Assembly (NCBI GenBank): GCA_016873655.1
Contig: VGWI01000004.1
Span: 160 to 64,159, forward strand
Direction of reading: 5' to 3'
DNA length: 64,000 nt
Source: Lentisphaerota bacterium
GTDB lineage: Bacteria; Verrucomicrobiota; Kiritimatiellia; UBA8416; VGWI01
In this document: piece after piece, positions 40,051 through 50,235 of the stretch
Layout of the letters: each line of letters starts with the position of its first letter
How positions within the stretch are numbered: the stretch's first letter is position 1
Position numbers and translations under genes: made by a program
Notes under the pieces: generated by a model
The model's database searches: none
Told to the model about the DNA's origin: nothing
The model's input: only the letters and a program-made list of their open reading frames with translations

Positions 40051-41034
40051 ATGGGCAGGCTTGAAAGAGTTCTGGTTGCGCTGTCTGTGGGGGCACTGGT
40101 GGCAGGTGCCGCGTCGGGCGCTGTCACAGGCGTTGACGCCACTTCTGTTTCGAGCGTTGATGTTACGGGGCAGGCCGTTATCCAGCAGGGCGTGGACGGC
40201 TTGGTTACGGTTACATTCTCGGACCAGTCCCAGAATCTTGTTTTTGCGCCTCCGGCCTACAATGGCGTCATGCTTGCGATAGGTGAGACGATTGCGGGCG
40301 GCTCGCTGGTGGGAAACTATGTCGGGGCCGGGGTCGAGGGAGTCTCGTTCGTTGTGGAGTGCACCGGCCCGGCAGTGCCCGTTGTCGCGTGGATCAAGAC
40401 GAAGTCCGGCAGGTACTGGTATAACTCCGGGGTCCGAACATCACCCGCTGCGAGTGTTACCAATCGCCTCGCGCTCGGACTGGATTCCGGCTGGACGCGA
40501 GCCGAGGCCGGCAGCGTAAGCCTTGCCGCCCTTTGGCCGGGCGAGCTGGAGACGGTTACAGCTTTGGGGTTCAACATAGGGCAGGAAGGTGTTGCCTCGC
40601 AGAGCGTGCTCGTCAAGGACGTCCGGCTCTACGGGGAAGGGTTCATGACCGAGGTGGCGATTGTCAGCCGTGTCCGTGAACATTTTGGCGAGAACGTGAC
40701 GGCCGTTGAGGAATTGAGTGTCGCTCTTCAGGAAAAGGACTCGGATGCCGATGGCGTGACTGACCTTGAGGACGTGATTGCCGGCAGGGAAGTCAAGTTC
40801 CTCGCGGAGGTCAAGCGGGCCGGGGCTGCTCTGCAGCGTGGTGTTTTGCTCCGCTGGCCGTGCGTCAAAGGTCACAAGTACACAGTGGAGCGGGCCGACG
40901 GCGGTGGCTTGAGTGATGAGGACGACTTCTCTCCAATCCACACGGTAGTGGCTCCGCACAGTGAATATCTGGAATATGAGGATGTTGGGGCAACGGGGGT
41001 CGGGCTTTACCATTACCGCGTGGTCAAAGAGTGA
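40051..41034 (+). CDS. Secreted hypothetical protein with a DxDxDG loop (module gene B, copy 2)
   Basis: Signal peptide; DSDADGVTDLED; LRWPC...YHYRVVKE; GAGG RBS. Confidence 0.8.
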   Translation: MGRLERVLVALSVGALVAGAASGAVTGVDATSVSSVDVTGQAVIQQGVDGLVTVTFSDQSQNLVFAPPAYNGVMLAIGETIAGGSLVGNYVGAGVEGVSFVVECTGPAVPVVAWIKTKSGRYWYNSGVRTSPAASVTNRLALGLDSGWTRAEAGSVSLAALWPGELETVTALGFNIGQEGVASQSVLVKDVRLYGEGFMTEVAIVSRVREHFGENVTAVEELSVALQEKDSDADGVTDLEDVIAGREVKFLAEVKRAGAALQRGVLLRWPCVKGHKYTVERADGGGLSDEDDFSPIHTVVAPHSEYLEYEDVGATGVGLYHYRVVKE

Positions 41035-41047
41035 TCCGGGAGTAAGG

Positions 41048-41794
41048 ATGGAACTCGGAACTGGAAAACTGACACTGGCGGCCGCGTTTGCTGCAGTCCT
41101 TCTGCATGCCGCAGCAGCCCGCGCCAACCTGACCGCGGCGGACACTTTCTCCAGCGATGCGGAGGGCTGGTCGTCGCGGGATAGCGCAGGAGCCGGAACC
41201 TACGAGAACGTGGTTCAGGGTGACCGTGGCGGGCGGCTTGGTGTGCTTTTGTTCGGCCTTCAGAGCTGGGGAGGGACGATTCCCGACCAGGAGTTCATCG
41301 GAGAGGCTTACGGAGACGGCGAGGACGACCTGATCGTTGCGATCACGAACGGCGGCCAGTCGGTGTTTTTCGATTTCTACTCTGATGCCGGCGACAACGG
41401 CGGCGGGGAAGTGGCGCCGGCTGCGCTATATCTCTACTTCTGGAGCGACGGCGGGACCCTGTGGTACTACGACGTGCTATCCAACGGGACAATACCTTCT
41501 TCGGCGGGATGGACGACGTACTCGGTTGACCTTGACTACGATGCGGGATGGGACACTGACGGCGGCGGAGATGCGACTTCATTCGCAGCCGACCTCGCCA
41601 CTTGCACGGAGTTTGGAGTGTGGATCGTTTATCAGGACTGGGACGGGCAGGAGTATGCGGTGGACAACTTCGAAGTGTACGACGTACCTGTCTCAGAAGT
41701 CCCCGAGCCCGGCACCGTAGCGCTTCTGTTCACGGGGGTTGCGGTTCTCTGCGGGCGTATCAGACGGCGTCGCCGCGATCGTTTTTGCGCATAG
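41048..41794 (+). CDS. PEP-CTERM protein (module gene C, copy 2)
   Basis: Signal peptide; EVPEP + hydrophobic helix + RRRRR. Confidence 0.9.
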   Translation: MELGTGKLTLAAAFAAVLLHAAAARANLTAADTFSSDAEGWSSRDSAGAGTYENVVQGDRGGRLGVLLFGLQSWGGTIPDQEFIGEAYGDGEDDLIVAITNGGQSVFFDFYSDAGDNGGGEVAPAALYLYFWSDGGTLWYYDVLSNGTIPSSAGWTTYSVDLDYDAGWDTDGGGDATSFAADLATCTEFGVWIVYQDWDGQEYAVDNFEVYDVPVSEVPEPGTVALLFTGVAVLCGRIRRRRRDRFCA

Positions 41795-42600
41795 AGTCAG
41801 TTACCTCACCTTCCTGTTTTTTTCCGTTCAATCCCAGTGTGGCCGTGCCTTGTGCGTGCTGCGCGGCTCCTATGTCCACCGGACAACTGCGCAGGGGCGC
41901 CATCCGGGGGCTGCAGATGAAGCGCGCCGCGATCGGATTTCGCATCCCTTACTCCTTTGAATGCTCCGCCTTGCGGGTATAGGGCACCGCGGAGCTTTGT
42001 CGCCGGTTTCATCGCGCGGAAGGACAGGACAGACAGGGATGAGGTGCTGATGACTGCGATCTGCCGGACTTGTATCGCCGTTTTCCTGGGCTGGTGTTGT
42101 CGTTCAAGCCGGTTTTGCGGCAGCGCCACACACCGTCGTCAACATTACTGGCAGGAACTACTCGAACGAGGTGTTCCGTCTGCCCGACATGAAGTTCACA
42201 GCAGAGGTGAGGCTGATGGCTGAAGGCGTCGAGGTCCCTTTTCTTGCCGATGAGGTGGAAGGACGCGTCGACGTGTACACGAGGGGGACCTTGGGCCCCG
42301 GGCGTAAATCGATGGCAGGAGCAAATGTATAACCGCGTGTTTTTCCACAACGCAGGGATGCCGTATGCGAACATGGACGGCTATGAAAGGGTGATTGCCT
42401 TCAAGACTTCCCCTGCGGCCGATGTTGCGATGGGCCAAGACTGCCCGTTCGCGGCTCCTCCGGCGAGTTCATCACAGTGCTGATTCCGAGGCGGCCGGTT
42501 CCGACTGAACAGGTAGCGGCTGGCGAATCGACGCCTGTGCAACGTTTTGAGACTGGCGCTTTGCCCCTGGTGAAGGCGATACTGGGCGCAGTCGCTGTTG

Positions 42601-42864
42601 ATGGAGGCTAAGTCGTGTTTTCGGGGGGGCATAGACGACGATGATTCGGCCGAGTACGTGTCCGTTGTCAGGGGAAAGAAGAAGGTTCTTTCCCTGTCCG
42701 GGGCTGATGTGGACATGGACAGGTTCCAAGGCGACATCGTCCTATTTGTGCCCGATGCGGGTTACCCGTTCGGCGAGATACCGGCATGGCTGGTCCGTCA
42801 GCGCATGAAAGTTCCGGAGTGGGCGCCCAAATGGGCAAAGGAAGTCCGCGGACGGAAACAGTAG
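42601..42864 (+). CDS. Small hypothetical protein or gene remnant
   Basis: Short ORF with plausible codon usage ending 9 bp before the MBOAT gene; no recognisable motif. Confidence 0.35.
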   Translation: MEAKSCFRGGIDDDDSAEYVSVVRGKKKVLSLSGADVDMDRFQGDIVLFVPDAGYPFGEIPAWLVRQRMKVPEWAPKWAKEVRGRKQ

Positions 42865-42873
42865 TCTGCCGAG

Positions 42874-44331
42874 ATGCTGTTCAACTCGTTTGAGTTCATC
42901 TTCGTCTTTCTCCCGCTGACAGTCGCGGTCTACGCGGTGCTGTCGCGAGCGGGCTGGGAGAACGCGTCCCGCAACTGGCTTGTTGCGGCTTCCGTGTTTT
43001 TCTACGGCTGGTGGGACTGGCGGTACGTCCCGATCATCCTGGTTTCCGTGCTGCTTAACTTCCACTGGAGCCGCCGCATGTCGATTCCCGCCCGCCCGGT
43101 GCCCGAGCGGCGGGCGATGCTGGCTGTCGGTGTGGCGCTCAACCTGAGCGTTCTGGCCTTCTTCAAGTACACCGACTTTCTCATCTTCAATCTCAACGCC
43201 GCTGCAGGGACATCTTACCCGTTCCTTCGCCTGGCTCTGCCGCTGGCGATAAGCTTCTTCACGTTCCAGCAGATTGCCTACCTGGTTGATTCTTACCGTG
43301 GCCGCGTTACGGAGACGCGGCTGCGTGATTACATGCTGTTTGTAACCTTCTTTCCCCAACTGATAGCTGGTCCGATAGTGCATCACTCGGAAATGCTGCC
43401 GCAGTTCAGGGATCCATCACGGCACAGGATCATCCCCGACAACTGGGCGCGCGGCCTGTTCATCTTTCTGGTCGGTCTCTTCAAGAAGACGGTTGTGGCG
43501 GACAGGTGCGGCGAATGGGTCTCGGCGGGCTTTGATGATGCCGCATGCCTCACGTTCATCGAGGCATGGGCAGCGTCGCTCGCTTACACGTTTCAGATAT
43601 ACTTCGACTTCAGCGCATACTGCGACATGGCTACCGGGGCGGCTCTTTTCTTCAACATCGAACTGCCTGTGAACTTCGATTCTCCCTACAAGTCCAGAGG
43701 CATCAACGAGTTCTGGAGACGCTGGCACATGACGCTCGGCAGGTGCATGAGGGACTACGTCTATGTCCCCCTGGGCGGGAGCCGAAACGGCAGGGCAAGA
43801 ACCGCCGTCAACCTTGTGATCACTTTCGTCGTCGGCGGGCTATGGCATGGTGCGGCGTGGACGTTTCTCCTATGGGGATTCCTGCACGGGGTTGCTGCGT
43901 CGATCCAGAGGGAGTGGAGCAGCCGGTTCAGACCTCTGCCCAGGCGGGTGTCCTGGGCTGTTACCTTTCTCTTTGTCCATGTAACATGGGTGTTTTTCAG
44001 GGCAAGAGCATGGGGCGACGCGGTGAAGGTCCTGAAAGGAATGGTTGGCGGGTCAGGCTTTGTCCTGCCGGGACCGGCGGCCTCGGCGCTTGGCCTGCCG
44101 TCCTCAATGGCGTCCCTGACCTCGCGCTTCCCCAACATGCCGATGCTTGATTCAGACGCGGGACTCACGTTGGGAGTGTGCATGGCCTCGGTGCTGTTCC
44201 TTCCCAACGCACTGTGCCTCCACCGCCATATCGCCCTGAACAAGCGCTGGGCACTTGCGGCATGCATGGCCGGGCTGTGGGCGTTGTTCAGCATCAACAG
44301 GCCGACAGAGTTTCTGTACTTCAATTTCTGA
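42874..44331 (+). CDS. MBOAT family O-acyltransferase (AlgI/DltB-like)
   Basis: MLFNSFEF, LPLAISFFTFQ, FFPQLIAGPI, QIYFDFS.Y, FWRRWHMTL, GLWHGA (catalytic His), EFLYFNF. Confidence 0.95.
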   Translation: MLFNSFEFIFVFLPLTVAVYAVLSRAGWENASRNWLVAASVFFYGWWDWRYVPIILVSVLLNFHWSRRMSIPARPVPERRAMLAVGVALNLSVLAFFKYTDFLIFNLNAAAGTSYPFLRLALPLAISFFTFQQIAYLVDSYRGRVTETRLRDYMLFVTFFPQLIAGPIVHHSEMLPQFRDPSRHRIIPDNWARGLFIFLVGLFKKTVVADRCGEWVSAGFDDAACLTFIEAWAASLAYTFQIYFDFSAYCDMATGAALFFNIELPVNFDSPYKSRGINEFWRRWHMTLGRCMRDYVYVPLGGSRNGRARTAVNLVITFVVGGLWHGAAWTFLLWGFLHGVAASIQREWSSRFRPLPRRVSWAVTFLFVHVTWVFFRARAWGDAVKVLKGMVGGSGFVLPGPAASALGLPSSMASLTSRFPNMPMLDSDAGLTLGVCMASVLFLPNALCLHRHIALNKRWALAACMAGLWALFSINRPTEFLYFNF

Positions 44332-44356
44332 CGCAGGGGATGGAACAGGGGGCAGT

Positions 44357-45316
44357 ATGAAGATAGTGGTTCTGGACGGGTACACATTGAATCCCGGCGA
44401 CCTTTCGTGGGCGTCACTTGAATCGTTGGGCGAGTGTCGCGTGTACGACAGGACTTCCGACTCGGATGTTGTTGCGCGTTCGGCCGGGACTCCGATCCTG
44501 TTGACGAACAAGACCGTTATATCGGGTTCTATTCTTCAACAGCTTCCCGACTGCCGCTATATCGGGGTTCTGGCCACGGGCTATAACGTTGTTGACCTGA
44601 AGTCTGCCGAAGACCGCGGAATAACCGTGACCAATGCGCCGGCATACAGCACAGCCTCGGTTGTTCAGATGGTTTTCGCCCACATGCTCAACCTGATGAA
44701 CGCGGTCGCGTTGCACGCTGAATCAGTCAGGAGCGGAGCCTGGAGCACCAGCATAGACTTCGCCTACCAGTTGACGCCTCAGACCGAGCTCTCAGGCAAG
44801 ACGCTGGGAATCATAGGCTTCGGCCGGATAGGACGCGCGGTATGCGCCGCAGCCAAGGCTTTTGGAATGAAGGTTGTTGCGCACGGGCGAAGTGTTGATG
44901 TGATACGTTTCGGCGCGGATGAAGCGATGTCCGTGGACGAAGTGTTCTCGGCGGCGGATGTGTTGACGCTGCATTGTCCTCTCACGCCGGAGACCGCAAG
45001 CCTGGTTAACGCGCGGCGGCTTGCCCTTATGAAGCCGACCGCATTCGTCATCAACACAAGCCGCGGTCCCGTCGTTGACGAGGCGGCTCTGGCTGATGCG
45101 TTGAACTCCGGTCGCTTGGCGGGCGCCGGTCTGGACGTTTTGTCAACCGAGCCGCCTGCTGCCGACAACCCGCTGCTGGCGGCGAAGAACTGCCATATAA
45201 CTCCCCACATGGCCTGGGCCACCCGCGAAGCGAGGCAGCGGCTGATGAACATCGTCGCGGGCAACGTCCGGGCGTTCCTGGCCGGAAAGCCCGAGAACGT
45301 GGTCAAACCCGTGTAG
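44357..45316 (+). CDS. D-2-hydroxyacid dehydrogenase (glycerate dehydrogenase-like)
   Basis: MKIVVLDGYTLNPGDLSW, GFGRIG, LHCPLT, INTSRG, LDVL..EPP, TPH.AW. Confidence 0.93.
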   Translation: MKIVVLDGYTLNPGDLSWASLESLGECRVYDRTSDSDVVARSAGTPILLTNKTVISGSILQQLPDCRYIGVLATGYNVVDLKSAEDRGITVTNAPAYSTASVVQMVFAHMLNLMNAVALHAESVRSGAWSTSIDFAYQLTPQTELSGKTLGIIGFGRIGRAVCAAAKAFGMKVVAHGRSVDVIRFGADEAMSVDEVFSAADVLTLHCPLTPETASLVNARRLALMKPTAFVINTSRGPVVDEAALADALNSGRLAGAGLDVLSTEPPAADNPLLAAKNCHITPHMAWATREARQRLMNIVAGNVRAFLAGKPENVVKPV

Positions 45317-45433
45317 AGGGTGGCGCAACGGGAGTTGCGTGAAAGGCTTTGTTCGGGCAGTGACGGATGGCATACGCTTTCCCGCTCCGGGTTTGAACTC
45401 AGGTCCGTGCGGACAGTTCCACGGGAGGAAACG

Positions 45434-46429
45434 ATGAAGCTGTGCATGGTCGGGTGTCGCGGTCATTTCGGGTACGTTCTGAACGATCTGCCTCTGCTTC
45501 CCAACGTATCCGTTGTCGGGGTGTCCGCCGGGACTCCGGAAGACAAGCCCACAGCGCTGATTGAAGGCGCGCGCAAGGCAGGACACGAGCCTGAAGTCTT
45601 CGACGACTACAGGGAGATGCTGGACAGGCAACGACCGGATGTTGTGTGCGTGGACGGTCCTTACGAGAGACACGCGGAGATGTGTGTGGAAGCGTTCCGC
45701 CGTGGAATCCACGTTTTTTGCGAGAAACCGGTCGCATTGACGATGGAGGATCTGTCCGCCGTCGAGAACGCCTGGCGCGAGTCGGGGCGGCAGTTTGCCG
45801 GAATGATGGGGCTGCGCTACGACCCGGCTGTCTACGCCGCGTGGACCATTGTGAAGTCAGGCGCGATAGGCGATGTCAGGCTGGTTGATACCCGCAAGTC
45901 ATACCGGCTTGGAGAGCGACCCGGCTTCTACCGGAAGCGCGCGACCTATGGCGGCACGATTCCGTGGGTGGGAAGCCATGCGTTTGACTGGATAGCGTGG
46001 TTCTCGGGGCGGCGGTTCCAGACCGTCTGCGCGAGGCACAGCACGGCAGCCAATCGCGGCCATGGCGATCTGGAGGCGACGGCCCTTTGCCTGTTTACCC
46101 TCGAAGGAGATGTCCTGGCTTCGGCCAGCATCGACTATCTTCGCCCTTCAAACGCCCCAACGCACGGTGATGACCGTATCCGCGCTGTCGGCACGCGAGG
46201 TGTCGTTGAAGTGAGGGGCGGGTCCGTCCATTTGATAAACGGCGAGGAAGCCGGCGAGCGCGCCATGCCCGCGGCGTGCGACAGGAGCATCTTCAGGGAC
46301 TTCGCGGGCCAGATCGCCGGCGGTCCCGCGGGCCTTGTTTCCGGCGAAGAGACGATCGAACTCGCGCGCATATCTCTTCTGGCCCTTCGTTCTGCGGACG
46401 AGGGCCGGATCGTTTCCTGCACGGCCTGA
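45434..46429 (+). CDS. Gfo/Idh/MocA family oxidoreductase
   Basis: N-terminal Rossmann fold, HVFCEKPVA, GAIG, GG.....GSH.FD. Confidence 0.9.
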   Translation: MKLCMVGCRGHFGYVLNDLPLLPNVSVVGVSAGTPEDKPTALIEGARKAGHEPEVFDDYREMLDRQRPDVVCVDGPYERHAEMCVEAFRRGIHVFCEKPVALTMEDLSAVENAWRESGRQFAGMMGLRYDPAVYAAWTIVKSGAIGDVRLVDTRKSYRLGERPGFYRKRATYGGTIPWVGSHAFDWIAWFSGRRFQTVCARHSTAANRGHGDLEATALCLFTLEGDVLASASIDYLRPSNAPTHGDDRIRAVGTRGVVEVRGGSVHLINGEEAGERAMPAACDRSIFRDFAGQIAGGPAGLVSGEETIELARISLLALRSADEGRIVSCTA

Positions 46430-46444
46430 AAAGAGGAGTGCCGG

Positions 46445-46722
46445 ATGAAGCGCAAAGTTAAACCGACACTGGTGTCGAGATACTCTACTACACTTCGCAC
46501 GCGTCGCCTTCCCATATCGGGCCCGTGATCAGGTATGACTTCGAGGAAGCCGCCATCACCTTCGAGGAAAGCAGGCACGGCCGGCTTGTCGTCAGGTTCA
46601 GGGACGGGCGGATCAAGGACTACGGCAATCCCAGCGTGCACCACTGGGAGAAGACATGGCAGTGCGTTGAGGCGGTCGGCACGGGGGCATCGCCTGCGAT
46701 GCCGCGGTGGCGGTTCCGCTGA
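46445..46722 (+). pseudogene. Probable internally deleted oxidoreductase remnant
   Basis: GAGGAG RBS + ATG at 46445 gives only a short ORF; the overlapping frame 46525-46722 resembles an oxidoreductase C-terminal segment. Confidence 0.3.
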
Positions 46723-46742
46723 CCCTTGCCGTGAACGGCGCG

Positions 46743-47513
46743 CTACAGACGCTGAAGGGTCATTCCTCCGTCAACGTTGATGACCTGGCCGGTCGAGTAG
46801 GCCAGGTCGCCGCGCGCGAGCATGGCCACCGCGCGCCCGATATCGTCGGGCCGGCCCCATCGCGGCTGGACCATCAGGCCCTGCGCGATGAGACGGTCGT
46901 ACTTCTCCTTAACAGCCGCGGTCATGTCGGTCTCGATCACGCCCGGGCGTATTTCGAACACGCCTATCCCGAACTCGCCCAAGCGCGCCGCCCACAGGCG
47001 CGTGGCCATGCTTACCCCCGCCTTGGAAACGCAGTACTCGCCGCGGTTCGGTGATGCTACTTCGGCCGAAACGGAGGATATATTCACTACGCACCCGGTG
47101 AACGACGGGTCCGCTTTGCGCTGATCCACCATCCAGCGCGCGACCGCCTGGGTCAGGAAATAGGGGCCCTGCAGGTTGATCCGCATCACCCACTCGTAGC
47201 TTTCCTCCGTTGCGTCAAGCATGTCGGCCCGCACTTTCGGCGCAACGCCGGCGTTGTTCACCAGCAGATCAAGCCGGCCGAATTTCGAGCGGATCGCGGA
47301 TATCATTTCCGCTCTTGGCTTCGCGTCGGTCACATCGGCCCGGCAATAGAGAACATCGGCCCCGGCGGCGCTCAGTTCCGACACGGCCGGCTCAACTGCG
47401 TCGGCGGGATGAACGTCGTTGATTGCCAGGTTCCATCCCTCGGCCGCAAGGCAGCGGGCGATCCCGAGGCCTATTCCCCTGCCTGCGCCGGTTACCAGAG
47501 CGAGCTTATTCAC
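46743..47513 (-). CDS. Short-chain dehydrogenase/reductase (3-ketoacyl-ACP reductase-like)
   Basis: TGAGRGIG, NNAG, NISS, YCVSK (YxxxK), PG.I.TDM, VDGG. Confidence 0.93.
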   Translation of the reverse strand: MNKLALVTGAGRGIGLGIARCLAAEGWNLAINDVHPADAVEPAVSELSAAGADVLYCRADVTDAKPRAEMISAIRSKFGRLDLLVNNAGVAPKVRADMLDATEESYEWVMRINLQGPYFLTQAVARWMVDQRKADPSFTGCVVNISSVSAEVASPNRGEYCVSKAGVSMATRLWAARLGEFGIGVFEIRPGVIETDMTAAVKEKYDRLIAQGLMVQPRWGRPDDIGRAVAMLARGDLAYSTGQVINVDGGMTLQRL

Positions 47514-50164
47514 TGTTTCGCCTTCCTTTCTGCGGCCGGCGCGCGCATCGCAAGGTCCATTTCACCAGCCGCCTTCATCGCTTCGGCGATTCCGCGCACC
47601 GCCGTGGTGCCGCCGTTGACAAGGTCGCCGGCCGCGAAGACGCGGCTGTTGCTCGTGCGGAATGAGCCCGGTTTTACGGCCAGGAGGCCGGAATCCGTGA
47701 ATTCCAGGCCGGCCAACGCCTCGCGCACGCGGACGGAGACGCCTTGGCCGGTGGCCTCAACTGCGAGCCCCACATCCAGGATGCTTTCGCTGCCGGCAAC
47801 AACAGACGGCCTGCGCCGTCCGGATACATCGGGATCAAGAAGCTCGGTCCGCGCGATCCGCAGGCCCTGGAGCTGTCCTGAACCGTCGGTCACGTAACCC
47901 ACCGGCTGGGTCAGTACCAGCAGATGCACGCCGCGGGCGATCAGGCGGTCTCGTTCGTCCGGCCAAGCCGGCATTTCCGCGAAGGACCGCCGGTACAGCA
48001 GGTACACGTCCCGCGCGCCGAGGCGGCAGGCTTCCGTGGCGGCATCTATGGCGGTGTTTCCGCCGCCTATCACCGCAACCCGGCCTGGAATGTTCTTGAA
48101 AGCGCCCGACTTGGATTCCTTCAGAAACTCGATCGCGCCAACGACTCCTCCGGGTCTGCCGGCCGGATTGGGCTCAGCCATGCCGACTGCCAGCATCACG
48201 GAGTCGAACTCGGCTGTCAGCGCCTCAAGCCGGACGGACACGCCAAGGGTCATGCCATAGCGGATCTCGATGCGGCCGGCCGCAACAGCGGGCGCCAGGA
48301 TCGCGCCGATCTCTTCCTCCGGGTCCGAGAGTCTTTCGCCGGGAATCGCCTCAGCCGGAACGCCGCCGAGCCTGTTTCCGCGTTCGAAGAGGACCACCGT
48401 ATGGCCAAGCTCGAGAAGCCTCACCGCGCATGCCACGCCGGCGGGGCCTCCGCCGACTACCGCCGCCCGCCGGCCAGATGTTTTCGCGGGCAGGCGGACG
48501 CCGGTTAGCCCCTGGAGCCGCGCCAGCCGGCTTGTGACAAGCTGAATATCCCGTATGGGGATGGGGTTCCTGCAGAACACATCTTCGATGCAGGACCCCT
48601 CGCACTGCACTTCGGCGGGGCAGACGAAACCGCACATTTCCGGCAGCAGATTTGACATGCGCAGGATGTTGTATGCCCCGGCAATGTCGCCGTCGGCGAA
48701 GGCGCGAAGGAACGACGGTATCTCGATATGGGCCGGACATCCGGCCGCACAGGTCGGTTCTTCGCACTCACGGCACCTGCCCGCTTCCGCGCGCAACCTG
48801 TCCACAGCGAACCTGCGCGCCAGCCGGTACTGAGGCCCGTAGACATCCGAATCCCTGACGACGCACCCGGTCTTTCCTCCGTCGCGCATGATCTGGGTGC
48901 AGGCCGAACAGGTGACGCAACACTTCGCTGGATCCATCTTCCCCGACTGAAGAACGTCTCTTACGCAGTCAGGGTAGGCGAACGCGCCCCGGCCTACCCC
49001 CAGCAGCGCCGCTCCGCCCGAACGGATCACCGCCGCTGCGACGTTCGGCATGAACTGGCGCAGCCACGAGTAGCCGGACCCAACCACGGGCACCCCGGGC
49101 ATGCTCCGCTGAACTGCCGCGGTGATATCCAGAAAACGTTTCAGTCCGGTCAGCGGATGCTCTTCCGGCACAGGCGCGCCGTAGACGGGGAAGTCGAAGG
49201 GCCGTCCGTAGTGCGGGTTGAAGTAAGGGTTGCCGATCGAGACGTTCAGCAGCGGAGCGCCTGCGGCGGCAAGGCCTTCCGCGAGCTTCAGCGGCTCGGA
49301 AAGGTCAGGGGTGAGGCTGCCGTCGGTCTTCATCCCGAACCCGTAGGGGTGGGGGATGGCGTCGAACGCATTCATCCGGGTCGTGGCAAAGATCCCGCCG
49401 GTTTCGGCGCCGATGCGGCCCGCGGTTTCAAGAAGGAACCTGGCGCGGTTCTCGAAGGATCCGCCGTATCGGCCTTCTCTCGTGTGGGAGGCGAGCAGTT
49501 CCGAGACCAGGTATCGGTGACAGCTCTTTACGTCCACCCCGTCCACCCCGGCGGCTTCCGCAAGCCGCGCTGCGTTCACGTAGGCGTCCTGCAGACGGTC
49601 GAGTTCGCCATCGCTGATCAGCGGATAGTCTTTCGGCAGCCTGTGGATCGGGTCAAGGACCGGACTGTGGTGCGCGATGATCGGACGCGGTATGCCGTGC
49701 GGCTTGCTGTAGCGACCCGAATGGGTCAACTGGATGATGATGACGACATCGTGACCGAACGCCGCGCGCGCGGTCTTCCTGATGGAGGAAACGAGGCGCG
49801 CGAACATGCCTGCGCTGCCGTCGTGCAGATAGAACTGGCCCGGGTTTGAGCGCGCCTCGGCGGCGACCGCGGTCGCCTCAATCCATATTGTCCCGAATCC
49901 GCCCTCAGCATAGCGTCTGTAGCGCCTGAAACTCAGTTCTCCCGGCGCGCCGTCGGCGTCGGCGTCAAAACCTTCCATGGGCTGGACCAGGAATCGGTTC
50001 GGCATCTTGACTTTGCCGACCGGCACCGGTTCCGCAAGCACCGAAACATCGTCCGAAACCGGGAGGTCGAGCCCGAGCGTGGCGGCTGCTGACCGGAGTT
50101 CCTCGATCGAGCGGATGTGGAACCGGCGGTGCTGTTTCTGTTCTGGTTGTGAAGTTGTGGTCAT
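47510..50164 (-). CDS. Fusion: Old Yellow Enzyme-type flavin oxidoreductase + GltD/PreT-like Fe-S flavoprotein
   Basis: NR..VQPMEG.D, QLTHSGR, DGVDVK.CHRYL, YGGSFENR.RF; CxxCxxC linker; CRECEEPTC...CP, CG.VCP...QCEG.C, GGGPAG, GGGNTA.D, YRR, FAAGD. Confidence 0.88.
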   Translation of the reverse strand: MTTTSQPEQKQHRRFHIRSIEELRSAAATLGLDLPVSDDVSVLAEPVPVGKVKMPNRFLVQPMEGFDADADGAPGELSFRRYRRYAEGGFGTIWIEATAVAAEARSNPGQFYLHDGSAGMFARLVSSIRKTARAAFGHDVVIIIQLTHSGRYSKPHGIPRPIIAHHSPVLDPIHRLPKDYPLISDGELDRLQDAYVNAARLAEAAGVDGVDVKSCHRYLVSELLASHTREGRYGGSFENRARFLLETAGRIGAETGGIFATTRMNAFDAIPHPYGFGMKTDGSLTPDLSEPLKLAEGLAAAGAPLLNVSIGNPYFNPHYGRPFDFPVYGAPVPEEHPLTGLKRFLDITAAVQRSMPGVPVVGSGYSWLRQFMPNVAAAVIRSGGAALLGVGRGAFAYPDCVRDVLQSGKMDPAKCCVTCSACTQIMRDGGKTGCVVRDSDVYGPQYRLARRFAVDRLRAEAGRCRECEEPTCAAGCPAHIEIPSFLRAFADGDIAGAYNILRMSNLLPEMCGFVCPAEVQCEGSCIEDVFCRNPIPIRDIQLVTSRLARLQGLTGVRLPAKTSGRRAAVVGGGPAGVACAVRLLELGHTVVLFERGNRLGGVPAEAIPGERLSDPEEEIGAILAPAVAAGRIEIRYGMTLGVSVRLEALTAEFDSVMLAVGMAEPNPAGRPGGVVGAIEFLKESKSGAFKNIPGRVAVIGGGNTAIDAATEACRLGARDVYLLYRRSFAEMPAWPDERDRLIARGVHLLVLTQPVGYVTDGSGQLQGLRIARTELLDPDVSGRRRPSVVAGSESILDVGLAVEATGQGVSVRVREALAGLEFTDSGLLAVKPGSFRTSNSRVFAAGDLVNGGTTAVRGIAEAMKAAGEMDLAMRAPAAERKAKQ

Positions 50165-50235
50165 TGCAGTCAACTGGCGGGGCATTATAATGGCCGCCCG
50201 ACCGATTTCAACAACACAGCCCGGGGAGGAGCGCA

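Noticed and set aside
41800-42600. Short ORFs between the PEP-CTERM gene and the MBOAT gene
   Set aside because: No consistent frame, RBS or motif that I can support; possibly decayed sequence.
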